This document shows positions 15,999 through 25,194 of a stretch of DNA of 64,000 nucleotides, one piece after another; position 1 is the first letter of the stretch, and each line of letters begins with the position of its first letter. The stretch spans positions 1 through 64,000 of the forward strand of contig JANNVQ010000001.1 in assembly GCA_031414535.1 (NCBI GenBank), read 5' to 3'. A program made the position numbers and the translations under genes. Below the pieces are notes generated by a model. It was not told the DNA's origin. It did not search any database and was given only the letters and a program-made list of their open reading frames with translations. Source of the DNA: Gemmatimonas sp. (GTDB taxonomy: Bacteria > Gemmatimonadota > Gemmatimonadetes > Gemmatimonadales > Gemmatimonadaceae).

Positions 15999-16799
15999 AT
16001 GCCGACAGTCTTTCCTGAGCATCCGCATCTCCGCGCATTGACCCGTGCAATTTCGCCGCGGTTGGCGGAGGGTGAACTCACGCACCTGGAGCGCACGCCA
16101 ATCAATCTCGCGGCCGCGCGCGCGCAGCACGAGGCGTACGCGCGCGCCCTTGCATCGCTCGGCTGCGAGGTGCACGAAGTGGAGCCGGCGCCGGAGTATC
16201 CCGACTCCGTGTTTATTGAGGACACAGCGGTGGTCTTCGATGAAATCGCGGTCATCACGCGCCCTGGAGCCGAGTCGCGGCGCGGCGAGACGCTGGCCGT
16301 GGAGCGCGCGCTCGCGCCACTTCGGCCAGTTGCGCACATCGTAGCCCCCGGCACGCTCGATGGCGGCGATGTGCTAGTGGTGGGGAAGCGCGTCTTCGTT
16401 GGCCGCACCGGACGCACGAATCGTGAGGGGATCGCACAGCTGCAGGCGGTGGTGGCGCCGCACGGGTATTCCGTCGAGGCCGTGGAGGTGACGGGGTGTC
16501 TGCATCTCAAGACGGCCGTGACCGCGCTCGACGACCACACGGTGCTCGTGAATCCCGCATGGATTGGTGCGGAGGCGCTCGCCGGGCTCGAGCGAATCGA
16601 GGTGGATCCCGCGGAGCCGATGGGAGCAAACATCGTGCGGGTGGGCTCGGCGCTGCTCTATGGTGCCGCGTACCCGCGCACGCTCGCGCGGATTGTGGCG
16701 CGCGGGTACGCACCGGTGTGCGTGGATGCGTCGGAGGTGGCGAAGGCCGAGGGGGCGGTGACCTGCTGCTCGCTAGTGATGCTGGTGCGAAGCGCTTAG
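15999..16799 (+). CDS. Dimethylarginine dimethylaminohydrolase (DDAH) family
   Basis: PDSVFIEDTAV, RRGE, DGGDV, LHLKT, EGAVTCCS. The ATG at 15975 lies in the IS end, so 15999 is preferred. Confidence 0.9.
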   Translation: MPTVFPEHPHLRALTRAISPRLAEGELTHLERTPINLAAARAQHEAYARALASLGCEVHEVEPAPEYPDSVFIEDTAVVFDEIAVITRPGAESRRGETLAVERALAPLRPVAHIVAPGTLDGGDVLVVGKRVFVGRTGRTNREGIAQLQAVVAPHGYSVEAVEVTGCLHLKTAVTALDDHTVLVNPAWIGAEALAGLERIEVDPAEPMGANIVRVGSALLYGAAYPRTLARIVARGYAPVCVDASEVAKAEGAVTCCSLVMLVRSA

Positions 16800-16857
16800 C
16801 CTAGCGCATTCACACCCCGCCCAAAAACTCGGCCTGTGGATGGCTTCTTGCGAATCC

Positions 16858-19800
16858 TCACGGCAGCGGCGCACAGCCCTCCACTCGCTCGCACATCGGG
16901 TCGAGTGGCGGAAGCCCGATGCGACCTAGTTCGCGATTCACCGCCGCCAGATCCCTCGCCCACACCTGCCGCAGCTTCGTCTCGTAGCCCTTCAACTCGG
17001 CGTCGAGAATCCCAAAAATCTCCGGCATGTACGTTGTTGGCCGTCCATCGCCGCGCTCGGCCATCGACAAGAGATTCGCCAGACGGTTGTTCACGCGGAT
17101 GGGGAAGTTGAGCGGGTCCTGCCCACTCTGGTTCTTCACCTGATAAATGTCGTCCTCGACGTCCGATGCGTTGGTGAGGAGCGTGCGACCCGCCGTTGCA
17201 AGGCGGCGGTCGCTGCTGCGCTGCTGCCGCTGCTCCAGCTGGGCCTTCACGCGGCGAATCTCAATCACGCGCAAGTTGGCGTCGTTCGCGCGGTCGCGAA
17301 CCTGCCGCCCGAACAGGTACTGCGCGTGGAGGTCAGCGTCACTCACCTCGGGGAGCAGCGGACTGCGCTGCACCACCAAGGGCTGCGTCAGTATCTCGCC
17401 GTCGGCGATGAGACGCACGGTATACGTGCCTGGCGGAATCGCCGGGCCGGCAAGCCCAGCGCCCCAGAGGATCATCCCTGGGAATCCAGTGATCGGTGTG
17501 GTGCGGAGGTCCCAGTCAATGCGGTTGAGACCGGCGGTGGCGGGGATGAATGCCGAACCGCCGCCGCGGCGACGGCCGCCAGTGGGCACGGCGGCTGCGG
17601 TGGTGGCGGTGTCCTTCTCCCAGCGGCGGAGCACGGTACCCGCGGAATCCACCACCTCGAGCGAAGCCCGTTGCGGCGCACTGGCGAGCTGCCAGCTGAA
17701 CGTCACCGGCAGACCGGAGCGAATGGCGGCCGGCGGTGCGAAGAGATGTGCACGGGACGCGGCCACGCGCGCACCGGCCTGACGCAGCGGCGCGATGTTG
17801 TCGAGCACCCAGAAGCTGCGCCCGTGCGTGGCGATTACCAGTTCGTTCCGCTCGACGATGAGATCAGAGACCGGTACGTCGGGCATGTTGAGTCGCAGCG
17901 ACTGCCAGTGGTCGCCGTCATCATATGAGATGTACACGCCGTGCTGCCCCGCCGCGTACAGCAGGCCGCGCCGCGTGTGGTCTTCGCGGATGGTGTGCAT
18001 GTAGTCGTCGGCACGAATACCCTGCACGATGCGCGTCCAGGTGCGGCCGAAGTCACGCGTGCGCCAGAGGTGCGGACGGTGGTCGTCGAGCAGTGGGCGC
18101 CGCACCGACACGAACGCCGTACCGTCGTCAAAAGCCGAGGCGTCGATCTGGCTCACGCGGCCGAAGTCAGGCATGTCGGGCGGCGTGATGTTGGTCCAGG
18201 TCTTGCCTCCATCGCGCGTGACGTGCACGAGCCCATCGTCGGAGCCCACCCAGATTACGTCAACGTTGCGCTTGCCAGGTGCCACGGCGAAAAGCGTCGC
18301 GTAGACCTCGGGGCCGTTCATGTCGCCGGTGATCGGACCGCCCGAGGGTCCCTGCGTCTCTGGCGCGTGGCGCGTGAGGTCGCCGGAGAGCTGCTCCCAA
18401 GTGGTGCCGCCATCGCGCGTCATCCAGAGGCGCTGCGAACTCACATAGAGACGCCGCGGGTCAGCCTTTGAGAAGATGATGGGGAAGGTCCACTGCCAGC
18501 GTTCGCGGATGTCGCGTGACGGTTCGCCCGAGTAGAACCACGGGTACGGATTCACTTCGCGCGAGAGTCCGGTGCGACGGTTGAACTTGTCGAGGTAGCC
18601 GCCGTTGTTGGTGCCCGAATAGAACAGATCTGGATCGAGCGGGTCAGCGCCGATGTAGCCCGGCTCGCCGCCGCCAGCCACGTAGCTGAGGTCCATGCTT
18701 CCCGCCGCGGGATCGCGGTAGCCGGCACCGGGGCCGCCGGCTCCGGTGTCGGCGCGCTCACCGCTGTACATCCCAAGTCCGCCACGCGCTCCCGCGCCAC
18801 CGCGGTTCCAATTGAACGGCGTGCACGCCGTGCTGTTGTCCTGCTGCGACCCGCACACGTGAAACGGAATGTGCGCGGTGGTGATCACGCGGTAGAACTG
18901 CGCCGTCGGAAAATCCTGCGCGGTCCAGTTGCGCCCGGTGTCGGTCGTCACCGCGCCGCCGCCGTCGTTGGCCACCACGAGGTGTGCGGGATTGCTGGGA
19001 TCAATCCAAAGGTCGTGGAAGTCGCCGTGCGTCCCGTCACCGATGCTCGTCAGCGTCTTGCCTTGATCTGCCGAACGGAAGAGCGAGGTGTTCTGCGCAT
19101 AAACCACGTCGGCGTTCTGGTGGTCGGCAAAGAGATGCGAGTAATAGAAGGCGCGTTGGCGAATCGAGCGGTTGTCGTTCATGAGCGTCCAGCTGGCGCC
19201 CGCGTCATCGCTCTTGAAGAGTCCGCCGCGCTCGTTCTCCACCAGCGCGTACACGCGCTGCGGGTTCGCCGCGGTAAGCGCGACGCCGATGCGGCCCACC
19301 AATCCCGTTGGGAGCCCGCGGTTGCGCGTGATCTCGGTCCACGTCTCACCGCCATCGGTGCTTCTAAACAGACCCGACCCTAGCCCGCCCGACGACATCT
19401 GGTACTCCTTGCGGTACGCTTCCCAGAGTGCGGCGTAGAGCACGTTCGGATTGGTGCGGTCTACTGCGATTTCCACCGCGCCTGAGCGCGCGTCGCGGAA
19501 GAGCACGCGGCGCCACGTGCGTCCGCCATCAATCGTCTTGTAGACGCCACGCTCTTCGCTGGGCACGCTGTACTCGCCGAAGACTGCCACCCACACGATG
19601 TCGGGGTTGGTGGGATGCACGCGAATCTTGGAGATTGCGTCCACGTTCCTGAAGCCCATGTGCGTCCACGTCTTGCCTGCGTCTACGGATTTGTAGACGC
19701 CATCGCCCGGCATGATGTTGCCTCGAATCGCCGACTCACCCATGCCGATCCATACTTGGTCAGGATGCGACTCGCTCACCGCTACTGCACCGACAGAAGC

Positions 19801-20106
19801 GGAGGTCACTTGGCCGTCGGTCACGGGAAACCAGGTCGCGCCGCCGTCCATCGTTTTCCAGAGTCCGCCGCCGGTGGCGCCGAAGTAGGCCTCATGCGGG
19901 CGGCCCACCACGCCGCTCGCAGCGATTGAACGGCCACCGCGATCGGGCCCGATGTTGCGCCAGCGAATGTCCCGCAGCAGACCGTCGTCGAGCGTCACGC
20001 GTTCGGACGCCTGCGCCGAAAGTGTGAGCGGCAGTGCGAGGAGCGCGCCCGCAAAGTGGGCGCCCGCGAGGAGGCGAGCCGAGCGGAGGAGGAAGGATCG
20101 GGGCAT
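16858..20106 (-). CDS. Secreted BNR/VPS10-like beta-propeller protein (putative glycosyl hydrolase)
   Basis: WRNIGP..GGR, many S.DGG.TW Asp-boxes, HGD.HDLWIDP, QQDN, ATHGRS. Confidence 0.9.
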   Translation of the reverse strand: MPRSFLLRSARLLAGAHFAGALLALPLTLSAQASERVTLDDGLLRDIRWRNIGPDRGGRSIAASGVVGRPHEAYFGATGGGLWKTMDGGATWFPVTDGQVTSASVGAVAVSESHPDQVWIGMGESAIRGNIMPGDGVYKSVDAGKTWTHMGFRNVDAISKIRVHPTNPDIVWVAVFGEYSVPSEERGVYKTIDGGRTWRRVLFRDARSGAVEIAVDRTNPNVLYAALWEAYRKEYQMSSGGLGSGLFRSTDGGETWTEITRNRGLPTGLVGRIGVALTAANPQRVYALVENERGGLFKSDDAGASWTLMNDNRSIRQRAFYYSHLFADHQNADVVYAQNTSLFRSADQGKTLTSIGDGTHGDFHDLWIDPSNPAHLVVANDGGGAVTTDTGRNWTAQDFPTAQFYRVITTAHIPFHVCGSQQDNSTACTPFNWNRGGAGARGGLGMYSGERADTGAGGPGAGYRDPAAGSMDLSYVAGGGEPGYIGADPLDPDLFYSGTNNGGYLDKFNRRTGLSREVNPYPWFYSGEPSRDIRERWQWTFPIIFSKADPRRLYVSSQRLWMTRDGGTTWEQLSGDLTRHAPETQGPSGGPITGDMNGPEVYATLFAVAPGKRNVDVIWVGSDDGLVHVTRDGGKTWTNITPPDMPDFGRVSQIDASAFDDGTAFVSVRRPLLDDHRPHLWRTRDFGRTWTRIVQGIRADDYMHTIREDHTRRGLLYAAGQHGVYISYDDGDHWQSLRLNMPDVPVSDLIVERNELVIATHGRSFWVLDNIAPLRQAGARVAASRAHLFAPPAAIRSGLPVTFSWQLASAPQRASLEVVDSAGTVLRRWEKDTATTAAAVPTGGRRRGGGSAFIPATAGLNRIDWDLRTTPITGFPGMILWGAGLAGPAIPPGTYTVRLIADGEILTQPLVVQRSPLLPEVSDADLHAQYLFGRQVRDRANDANLRVIEIRRVKAQLEQRQQRSSDRRLATAGRTLLTNASDVEDDIYQVKNQSGQDPLNFPIRVNNRLANLLSMAERGDGRPTTYMPEIFGILDAELKGYETKLRQVWARDLAAVNRELGRIGLPPLDPMCERVEGCAPLP

Positions 20107-20324
20107 GGGATTTGGTCTCAGACGGTGGTCAGATCGTAACAGCAGACATACGCGACGCCACGACATTGCGTTGCGGCCGACCGTCGTTGGGATTGGTAAT
20201 TCGATCGGCCCACGTTGAGTATAGGCCGCGCCCCGTCCCTTGGCGAGCGGTTCGGAGGAGGTTTCGACCGTGAGGTGTTGGTAGGAAGTGCTCTCTATAG
20301 AAGTCGCACCTGATGGCAGGCAGT

Positions 20325-20441
20325 CAGGAGTTTCGCGAGAAGGCGCTACGGCAGCTCTAGGCCAGGACGAAACCCATCCGCCAACTCGCCAACGAGCTCG
20401 GCGTGCCCATCGAGAGGCTGCACCACTGGGCTTCCCAGTAG
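20325..20441 (+). pseudogene. IS3-family OrfA (HTH) relic
   Basis: QEFREKALRQL*ARTKPIRQLANELGVPIERLHHW with an internal TAG at 20358. Confidence 0.6.
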
Positions 20442-20646
20442 ACCGACACTTCGATCGCGGCTGTCTTCCAGCCTCATCTATGGCCTAGTTTGCGAGCGAG
20501 CACCAACAGTTTCTGCTAACGTTCAATCGCCACGTGATGCACGACCGGCTCGGCCACCTAAAGAGTCAGGCGGCGGTGGATTCTTGTGCATCGCGCACGA
20601 CGTGGGACCGCTTTATGGGCACTCACCCTCTGCGAGGCCTGCTCCA

Positions 20647-21789
20647 ATGACGCCATTCTTCATTCCCGTCACGCTCGGCGGCGCTGCAATCGCGTTACTT
20701 GCTATTGTCGCCGCTCCGGCGACCAGCACTTCGAGCTCTGGCGCGTCAGGTGAAGTGATTGCGGGGCCCCGCATGAGTGCCGTGCGCGCTGCGCACACCG
20801 CAACGGCGCTAGCAGACGGACGCGTGCTGATCGCCGGCGGCGGTACTGAGACGCGCTCACCCGTTGGCGCAGAGCTCTACGAGCCGACCGCAGGCCGCTT
20901 CGTCGCCCTGCCACCGATGGTCGTCACGCGGCACAGTCACACCGCGACACGCCTCGCCAATGGGAAGGTATTGTTGGTTGGAGGGTATGGCGCTGGTTCG
21001 GCGGTAGTAGCCGACGCCGAGTTGTTCGACCCAGCGACGAACACGTTCACGCCGACCGGCCATTTGGGTGCCGCGCGCGCCGGGCATGTCGCTGTCATCC
21101 TGCCAAGCGGGATGGTGTTGATTGCCGGAGGCGTTGGACCCAACTGGCAGTTTTTGTCGAGCGCGGAGTTGTACGACCCGGCGACGGGACGCTTCTCCCC
21201 CACGGGCGGGATGAGCGTGGCGCGCGAGAGTCACGTAGGCGTCGCGCTCGCGGACGGCCGCGTGCTGGTAGCGGGGGGACATCGTGGCCGACGAGCCGAC
21301 ATCGAGCTGTTCGCGTCGACGGAGATCTACGACCCTGTGCAACAACGCTTCACACTTGGGAGCTCAATGGTGACGCGACGACACAAGCACGACGCGATCT
21401 TGCTCCCGGACGGACAGGTGCTAGTCACTGCCGGGTCGGACGAGCGCGATGATCGCGGCGTGTATCGTTCGACAGAGTTTTTCGATCCGCAGACATCGAC
21501 GTTTCGCAGTGGTCCGCCGACGCAGTTGGGTCGGTATAAGCACGCGGGGAGCGGCGTAGTTCTGCCCAACGGACTGGTACTGCTTGCGGGCGGCGCGGCG
21601 CAGGCCGAGCTCTATGATCCGCGCACGCGGCAATTCAGCGTGGTACCCAGCACGGAGCGGATGGCGGGACAATTCGCCGCCGTCGCACCGCTGCCCGGGG
21701 GCGGGGCGCTGATCACCGGTGGATACGGGAGCGGCACGGGCCCTCGAGCTTCAGCGTGGGTGTTTCGGCCAGCGGGGAGCAGGAGATGA
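20647..21789 (+). CDS. Kelch-repeat protein, secreted
   Basis: Repeated R..HTAT.L.DG.VL.AGG...AELYDP units. Confidence 0.9.
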   Translation: MTPFFIPVTLGGAAIALLAIVAAPATSTSSSGASGEVIAGPRMSAVRAAHTATALADGRVLIAGGGTETRSPVGAELYEPTAGRFVALPPMVVTRHSHTATRLANGKVLLVGGYGAGSAVVADAELFDPATNTFTPTGHLGAARAGHVAVILPSGMVLIAGGVGPNWQFLSSAELYDPATGRFSPTGGMSVARESHVGVALADGRVLVAGGHRGRRADIELFASTEIYDPVQQRFTLGSSMVTRRHKHDAILLPDGQVLVTAGSDERDDRGVYRSTEFFDPQTSTFRSGPPTQLGRYKHAGSGVVLPNGLVLLAGGAAQAELYDPRTRQFSVVPSTERMAGQFAAVAPLPGGGALITGGYGSGTGPRASAWVFRPAGSRR

Positions 21790-21796
21790 ATCGCTG

Positions 21797-22324
21797 ATGT
21801 CACGACCACAAAGCGCGATGACCTTGGCTCTGGCCATCGCCCTTGGCTGTAGCCAATCCCAAGATGACGCACTCCCCCGCCCCACTCCCGAAGCCGTGCG
21901 GGCTCTCATCGAAGCAGAGATTGCGCTGGGCGTTAGCGCCACCTGGAAGCAGGATATTGACGCGTTTATGGACGGGGTTCCAAGCGGTTACGTGATTCAC
22001 GATGAGAGCGGCCAGCTGATCACGCGCGAGCAGTTGCGGGCCAACACACTTCGCAACTGGGCAGTGATCCCCCGCACCCTGGACTTGACGATCGCGGTAG
22101 ACAGCCTAGAACTGACCAGCGATTCTGTCGCAATCATTGGGAGCTCCCAGCGCTGGGAGCGGCTGATGGGTCGGCCCGATCGCCCTGGCGAGGACACAGT
22201 GCTCACCACGCAGAAGCACCGGGAAACTTGGAGACTTACGAAAGGCCGCTGGCTCAACTACGTCATCGAGGAGCTAGGTGGGGAGATCTTTGTGAATGGA
22301 AATCCGTATCGGCCGAGTCAGTGA
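21797..22324 (+). CDS. NTF2-like (DUF4440-type) lipoprotein
   Basis: Lipobox ALGC; SnoaL/NTF2-like pattern ending RETWR...GRW. Confidence 0.6.
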   Translation: MSRPQSAMTLALAIALGCSQSQDDALPRPTPEAVRALIEAEIALGVSATWKQDIDAFMDGVPSGYVIHDESGQLITREQLRANTLRNWAVIPRTLDLTIAVDSLELTSDSVAIIGSSQRWERLMGRPDRPGEDTVLTTQKHRETWRLTKGRWLNYVIEELGGEIFVNGNPYRPSQ

Positions 22325-22446
22325 CGAGGCGGGAGAGGAGGGGCTGCGAGAGAGAGTGCAGCAGCTTTTGCAGATGCAGTCGAGCGTGCGGTACGGGGAG
22401 GGCACCAGTCCGGCGGCCTTTCGCGAACCCTAACAACGGAAGGCCC

Positions 22447-22608
22447 ATGAAAGCCGTCTGGCAAGGTACCGTCATCGCCGAGTCGACTGACACGGTTGTC
22501 GTGGAAGGCAACCACTACTTCCCCTTGGAGTCATTGAAGCGCGAGTACGTCATTGAGAGTGCGACGCACACGCGCTGTTCATGGAAGGGCGTCCAGGTCG
22601 CGCCGTGA
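22447..22608 (+). pseudogene. Truncated DUF427-family protein
   Basis: MKAVWQGTVIAES...VVEGNHYFP...T.CSWKG, then a stop after only 53 aa. Confidence 0.7.
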
Positions 22609-24026
22609 GTGCTCCTCAGTTGATTGATGCCGCGGTCATAGGAAGCGGTCAGGCGGGTCCCGGTCTCTCCACCGCGCTCGCGACGCGTGGCGAGTCGGTG
22701 ACCTTGTTCGAAGGAGGGCTTCTCGGCGGAAGCTGTGTCAATGTTGGCTGCACGCCGACCAAAACACTTCGGAAGAGCGCGCGCATCGCGCATTTGGCTC
22801 GTCGCGCGAGCGACTTCGGCGTGCAGGTGGGCGACGTGGCGATTGACGCTCCAGCAGTGCTCGCGCGCATGCGCGACGTGGTGGAGCGCTCGCGCAGCGG
22901 ACTCGGCAAGTGGATCGATGGCACTGCCAACCTCGCGCTCGTACGCGCGTGGGCCTGCCTTGATGGTCGCGCGAGCGACGGCCGATTCGTCGTGCGCGCG
23001 GGCGATCAGATCTTCCACGCGTCGCGCGTCTATCTCAACGTGGGCACGTTGCCTGCTCTTCCCCCCGTGCCCGGTCTCGCTGAGTCGAAGCCTCTCACGA
23101 ACGACACGCTGCTCGCGCTCGACGCGTTCCCTGCGGAACTCGTGATCCTCGGCGGGAGCTACATCGGATTGGAACTCGGGCAGATCTTCGCGCGGCTCGG
23201 CAGTCGCGTGACGATTCTCGAGGTGGCGCCGGCCGTGGCTGGCCGCGAGGATCCCGATGTGTCGGCGATGATCGTGTCGATGCTCGAGGACGAGGGTGTC
23301 CGCATCGTCGCAGGCGTGACACTCCGCTCGGTCTCGCGCCTCGCTGACGGCACGGTCGCGGTGACGCTGCGCCGACCGGGCGCGACGGCCGACGAGGTGA
23401 TCGGCGGCACGCACCTGCTGGCGGCCACTGGCCGCCGCGCTCGAACCGATGGACTCGGGCTCGAGACGGTCGGCATCAGCCCCGATGCGCAGGGCTACGT
23501 AGTCGTCAATGGTGGACTCGAAACGAGCGTGCCCGGCCTCTTCGCACTCGGTGATGTGAACCGCCGAGGGGCGTTCACGCATACTTCTTGGCAGGATCAC
23601 GAGATCGTACTCGCCAACCAAACGGGCGGGAAGCGCACGGCCGATGGGCGCATCACCACGTATGCGATGTACACCGATCCGCCCCTCGGCCGCATTGGTC
23701 TCTCCCAGTCCGAGGCGATTGCGTTAGTAGCCAAGGGCCGCCGGTTTTTGCAGGCGACGATTCCGATGGCGCACGTCTCACGCGCGAAGGAAGAAGGCGA
23801 GACCACTGGGCTCATCCGTGTGCTCGTGGATGCCGACACCGAACGCTTCGCCGGGATCAGCATGCTCGGCATCGGCGCCGACGAGATTGTGCAGGTAATC
23901 GGAGCGATGATGGCGGCCAACGCTCCGTATCAGGTGCTGAGGGACTTCCTGCCCGTGCATCCCACGGTCACAGAGTTTTTTCCGACGATCCTCAATCGGT
24001 TGAAGCCGTTGGTCGTGACGGCGTAG
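22605..24026 (+). CDS. Class I pyridine nucleotide-disulfide oxidoreductase
   Basis: IGSGQAG, redox CVNVGC, GGSYIGLE, HPT. No MerA C-terminal CC pair. Confidence 0.9.
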   Translation: MSAPQLIDAAVIGSGQAGPGLSTALATRGESVTLFEGGLLGGSCVNVGCTPTKTLRKSARIAHLARRASDFGVQVGDVAIDAPAVLARMRDVVERSRSGLGKWIDGTANLALVRAWACLDGRASDGRFVVRAGDQIFHASRVYLNVGTLPALPPVPGLAESKPLTNDTLLALDAFPAELVILGGSYIGLELGQIFARLGSRVTILEVAPAVAGREDPDVSAMIVSMLEDEGVRIVAGVTLRSVSRLADGTVAVTLRRPGATADEVIGGTHLLAATGRRARTDGLGLETVGISPDAQGYVVVNGGLETSVPGLFALGDVNRRGAFTHTSWQDHEIVLANQTGGKRTADGRITTYAMYTDPPLGRIGLSQSEAIALVAKGRRFLQATIPMAHVSRAKEEGETTGLIRVLVDADTERFAGISMLGIGADEIVQVIGAMMAANAPYQVLRDFLPVHPTVTEFFPTILNRLKPLVVTA

Positions 24027-25149
24027 GCGCGTTAGAACCCGTACCCACCGCCTCGTCGTCGCCGAGTTCGTCGAGCACGAGATGGTGCGCTTTTCGACCG
24101 CCGCGTCCCATAGCGTGCGGAGCGTGTTCGTGGTCGAGGAGCAGTTGCGCGTGGTCTACAGCCCGTGCCGCCAGCGCCCGCGCCGCCTCGTGCAGCTCCG
24201 TACTGCGCTGCACGACCTCCACGTTGCGCTCCATATCCTCAGCGCTCCACCCGCGAGAGTGCGCGATGTATGGGAACTGCGGGAACTGGCAGCCAATCTC
24301 TGCAAAGAATCCCAAGAGCTGCCCCGCTACCGCCTGCACGTTGTCCTGTCCCCCCGTGATGATGAATGCCGCGACCTTGTCGCGCATCAGCACCCGGTTG
24401 GCAATCGTCACTTGGTTCTGAACGCAGTTGAGTCGCTCCACCATGCGGTAGTAGAGTGATCCCGAGTTGCCCCAACGGATGGGCGTCGCGAGGAGAATCA
24501 CATCCGCCCAGTGGACGAACGCCTCGTAGACGCGGTCCATCTGATCTTCGGGATCCATCTGCGTGATGGAGCAGGGCCAGGTGCAGGCGCGGGCCGCCTT
24601 CGAGTAGTAGCCCTCACAGGGGCGGAACTTGAGTTCGGCGAGGCGGATCGTCTGCGTCTCCGCCCCAAGCGCGCCGGCGGCCTCGATGGCCTCGGCGAGG
24701 AGCGCGTCGCTCGTGGAGAAGCGCGGGTTCGCGAGGTCCATGTTTGTGGTGGAGATACCGACGACGCGCACCGGGCCTGGCGCCCGCTCAACCTTCCGCG
24801 CCACCGGATGCTTGGGATGGTCGCCGTGCGTCCGCTTCGTCACCGGCTCAGCGGTCGCGAACAAACGTCCGCCCTCCAGCTTCACGTCATAACGCGGTAG
24901 TGCGTCCGCCTCGTAACCTGGCTCGCCGAGTCCCGTGCGGCAGTGGTACTTCCAGTTGTGCCACGGGCATACGATGTACTCGCCGTCGAGGCGTCCCTGC
25001 GCGAGCGGCCCACCGGCGTGATTGCACACTCCCGAGACGACTCCGAACTCCCCGTTTTGATGCGTCACCACGACCTTCAACGTGCCGATGGTCGCCGCAG
25101 TGAGGGGATGCTTCGTGAAGTGCTCAATCGGACCGAGGTCATACCACAT
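23992..25149 (-). CDS. Rieske [2Fe-2S] / NADPH-dependent FMN reductase (flavodoxin-like) fusion
   Basis: CNH...CPWH Rieske motif, then CEG...CTWPC, ATPIRWG, ITGGQD. Confidence 0.85.
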   Translation of the reverse strand: MWYDLGPIEHFTKHPLTAATIGTLKVVVTHQNGEFGVVSGVCNHAGGPLAQGRLDGEYIVCPWHNWKYHCRTGLGEPGYEADALPRYDVKLEGGRLFATAEPVTKRTHGDHPKHPVARKVERAPGPVRVVGISTTNMDLANPRFSTSDALLAEAIEAAGALGAETQTIRLAELKFRPCEGYYSKAARACTWPCSITQMDPEDQMDRVYEAFVHWADVILLATPIRWGNSGSLYYRMVERLNCVQNQVTIANRVLMRDKVAAFIITGGQDNVQAVAGQLLGFFAEIGCQFPQFPYIAHSRGWSAEDMERNVEVVQRSTELHEAARALAARAVDHAQLLLDHEHAPHAMGRGGRKAHHLVLDELGDDEAVGTGSNAPTPSRPTASTD

Positions 25150-25194
25150 GGAGATTGCCCGGGTTAAGAAGAGGATGCGTACGCTATGGTAGGG

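Noticed and set aside
16802..16815. GCGCATTCACA matching the IS30 terminus after DDAH
   Set aside because: Only about 11 bp match with no internal IS similarity; could be chance.
20514..20620. Possible attC (GCTAAC plus hairpin GATGCAC/GTGCATC)
   Set aside because: No GTT core at the right spacing, and the extrahelical base is out of register.
22605..24026. Mercuric reductase merA
   Set aside because: No C-terminal Cys-Cys pair, no N-terminal HMA domain and no mer genes.
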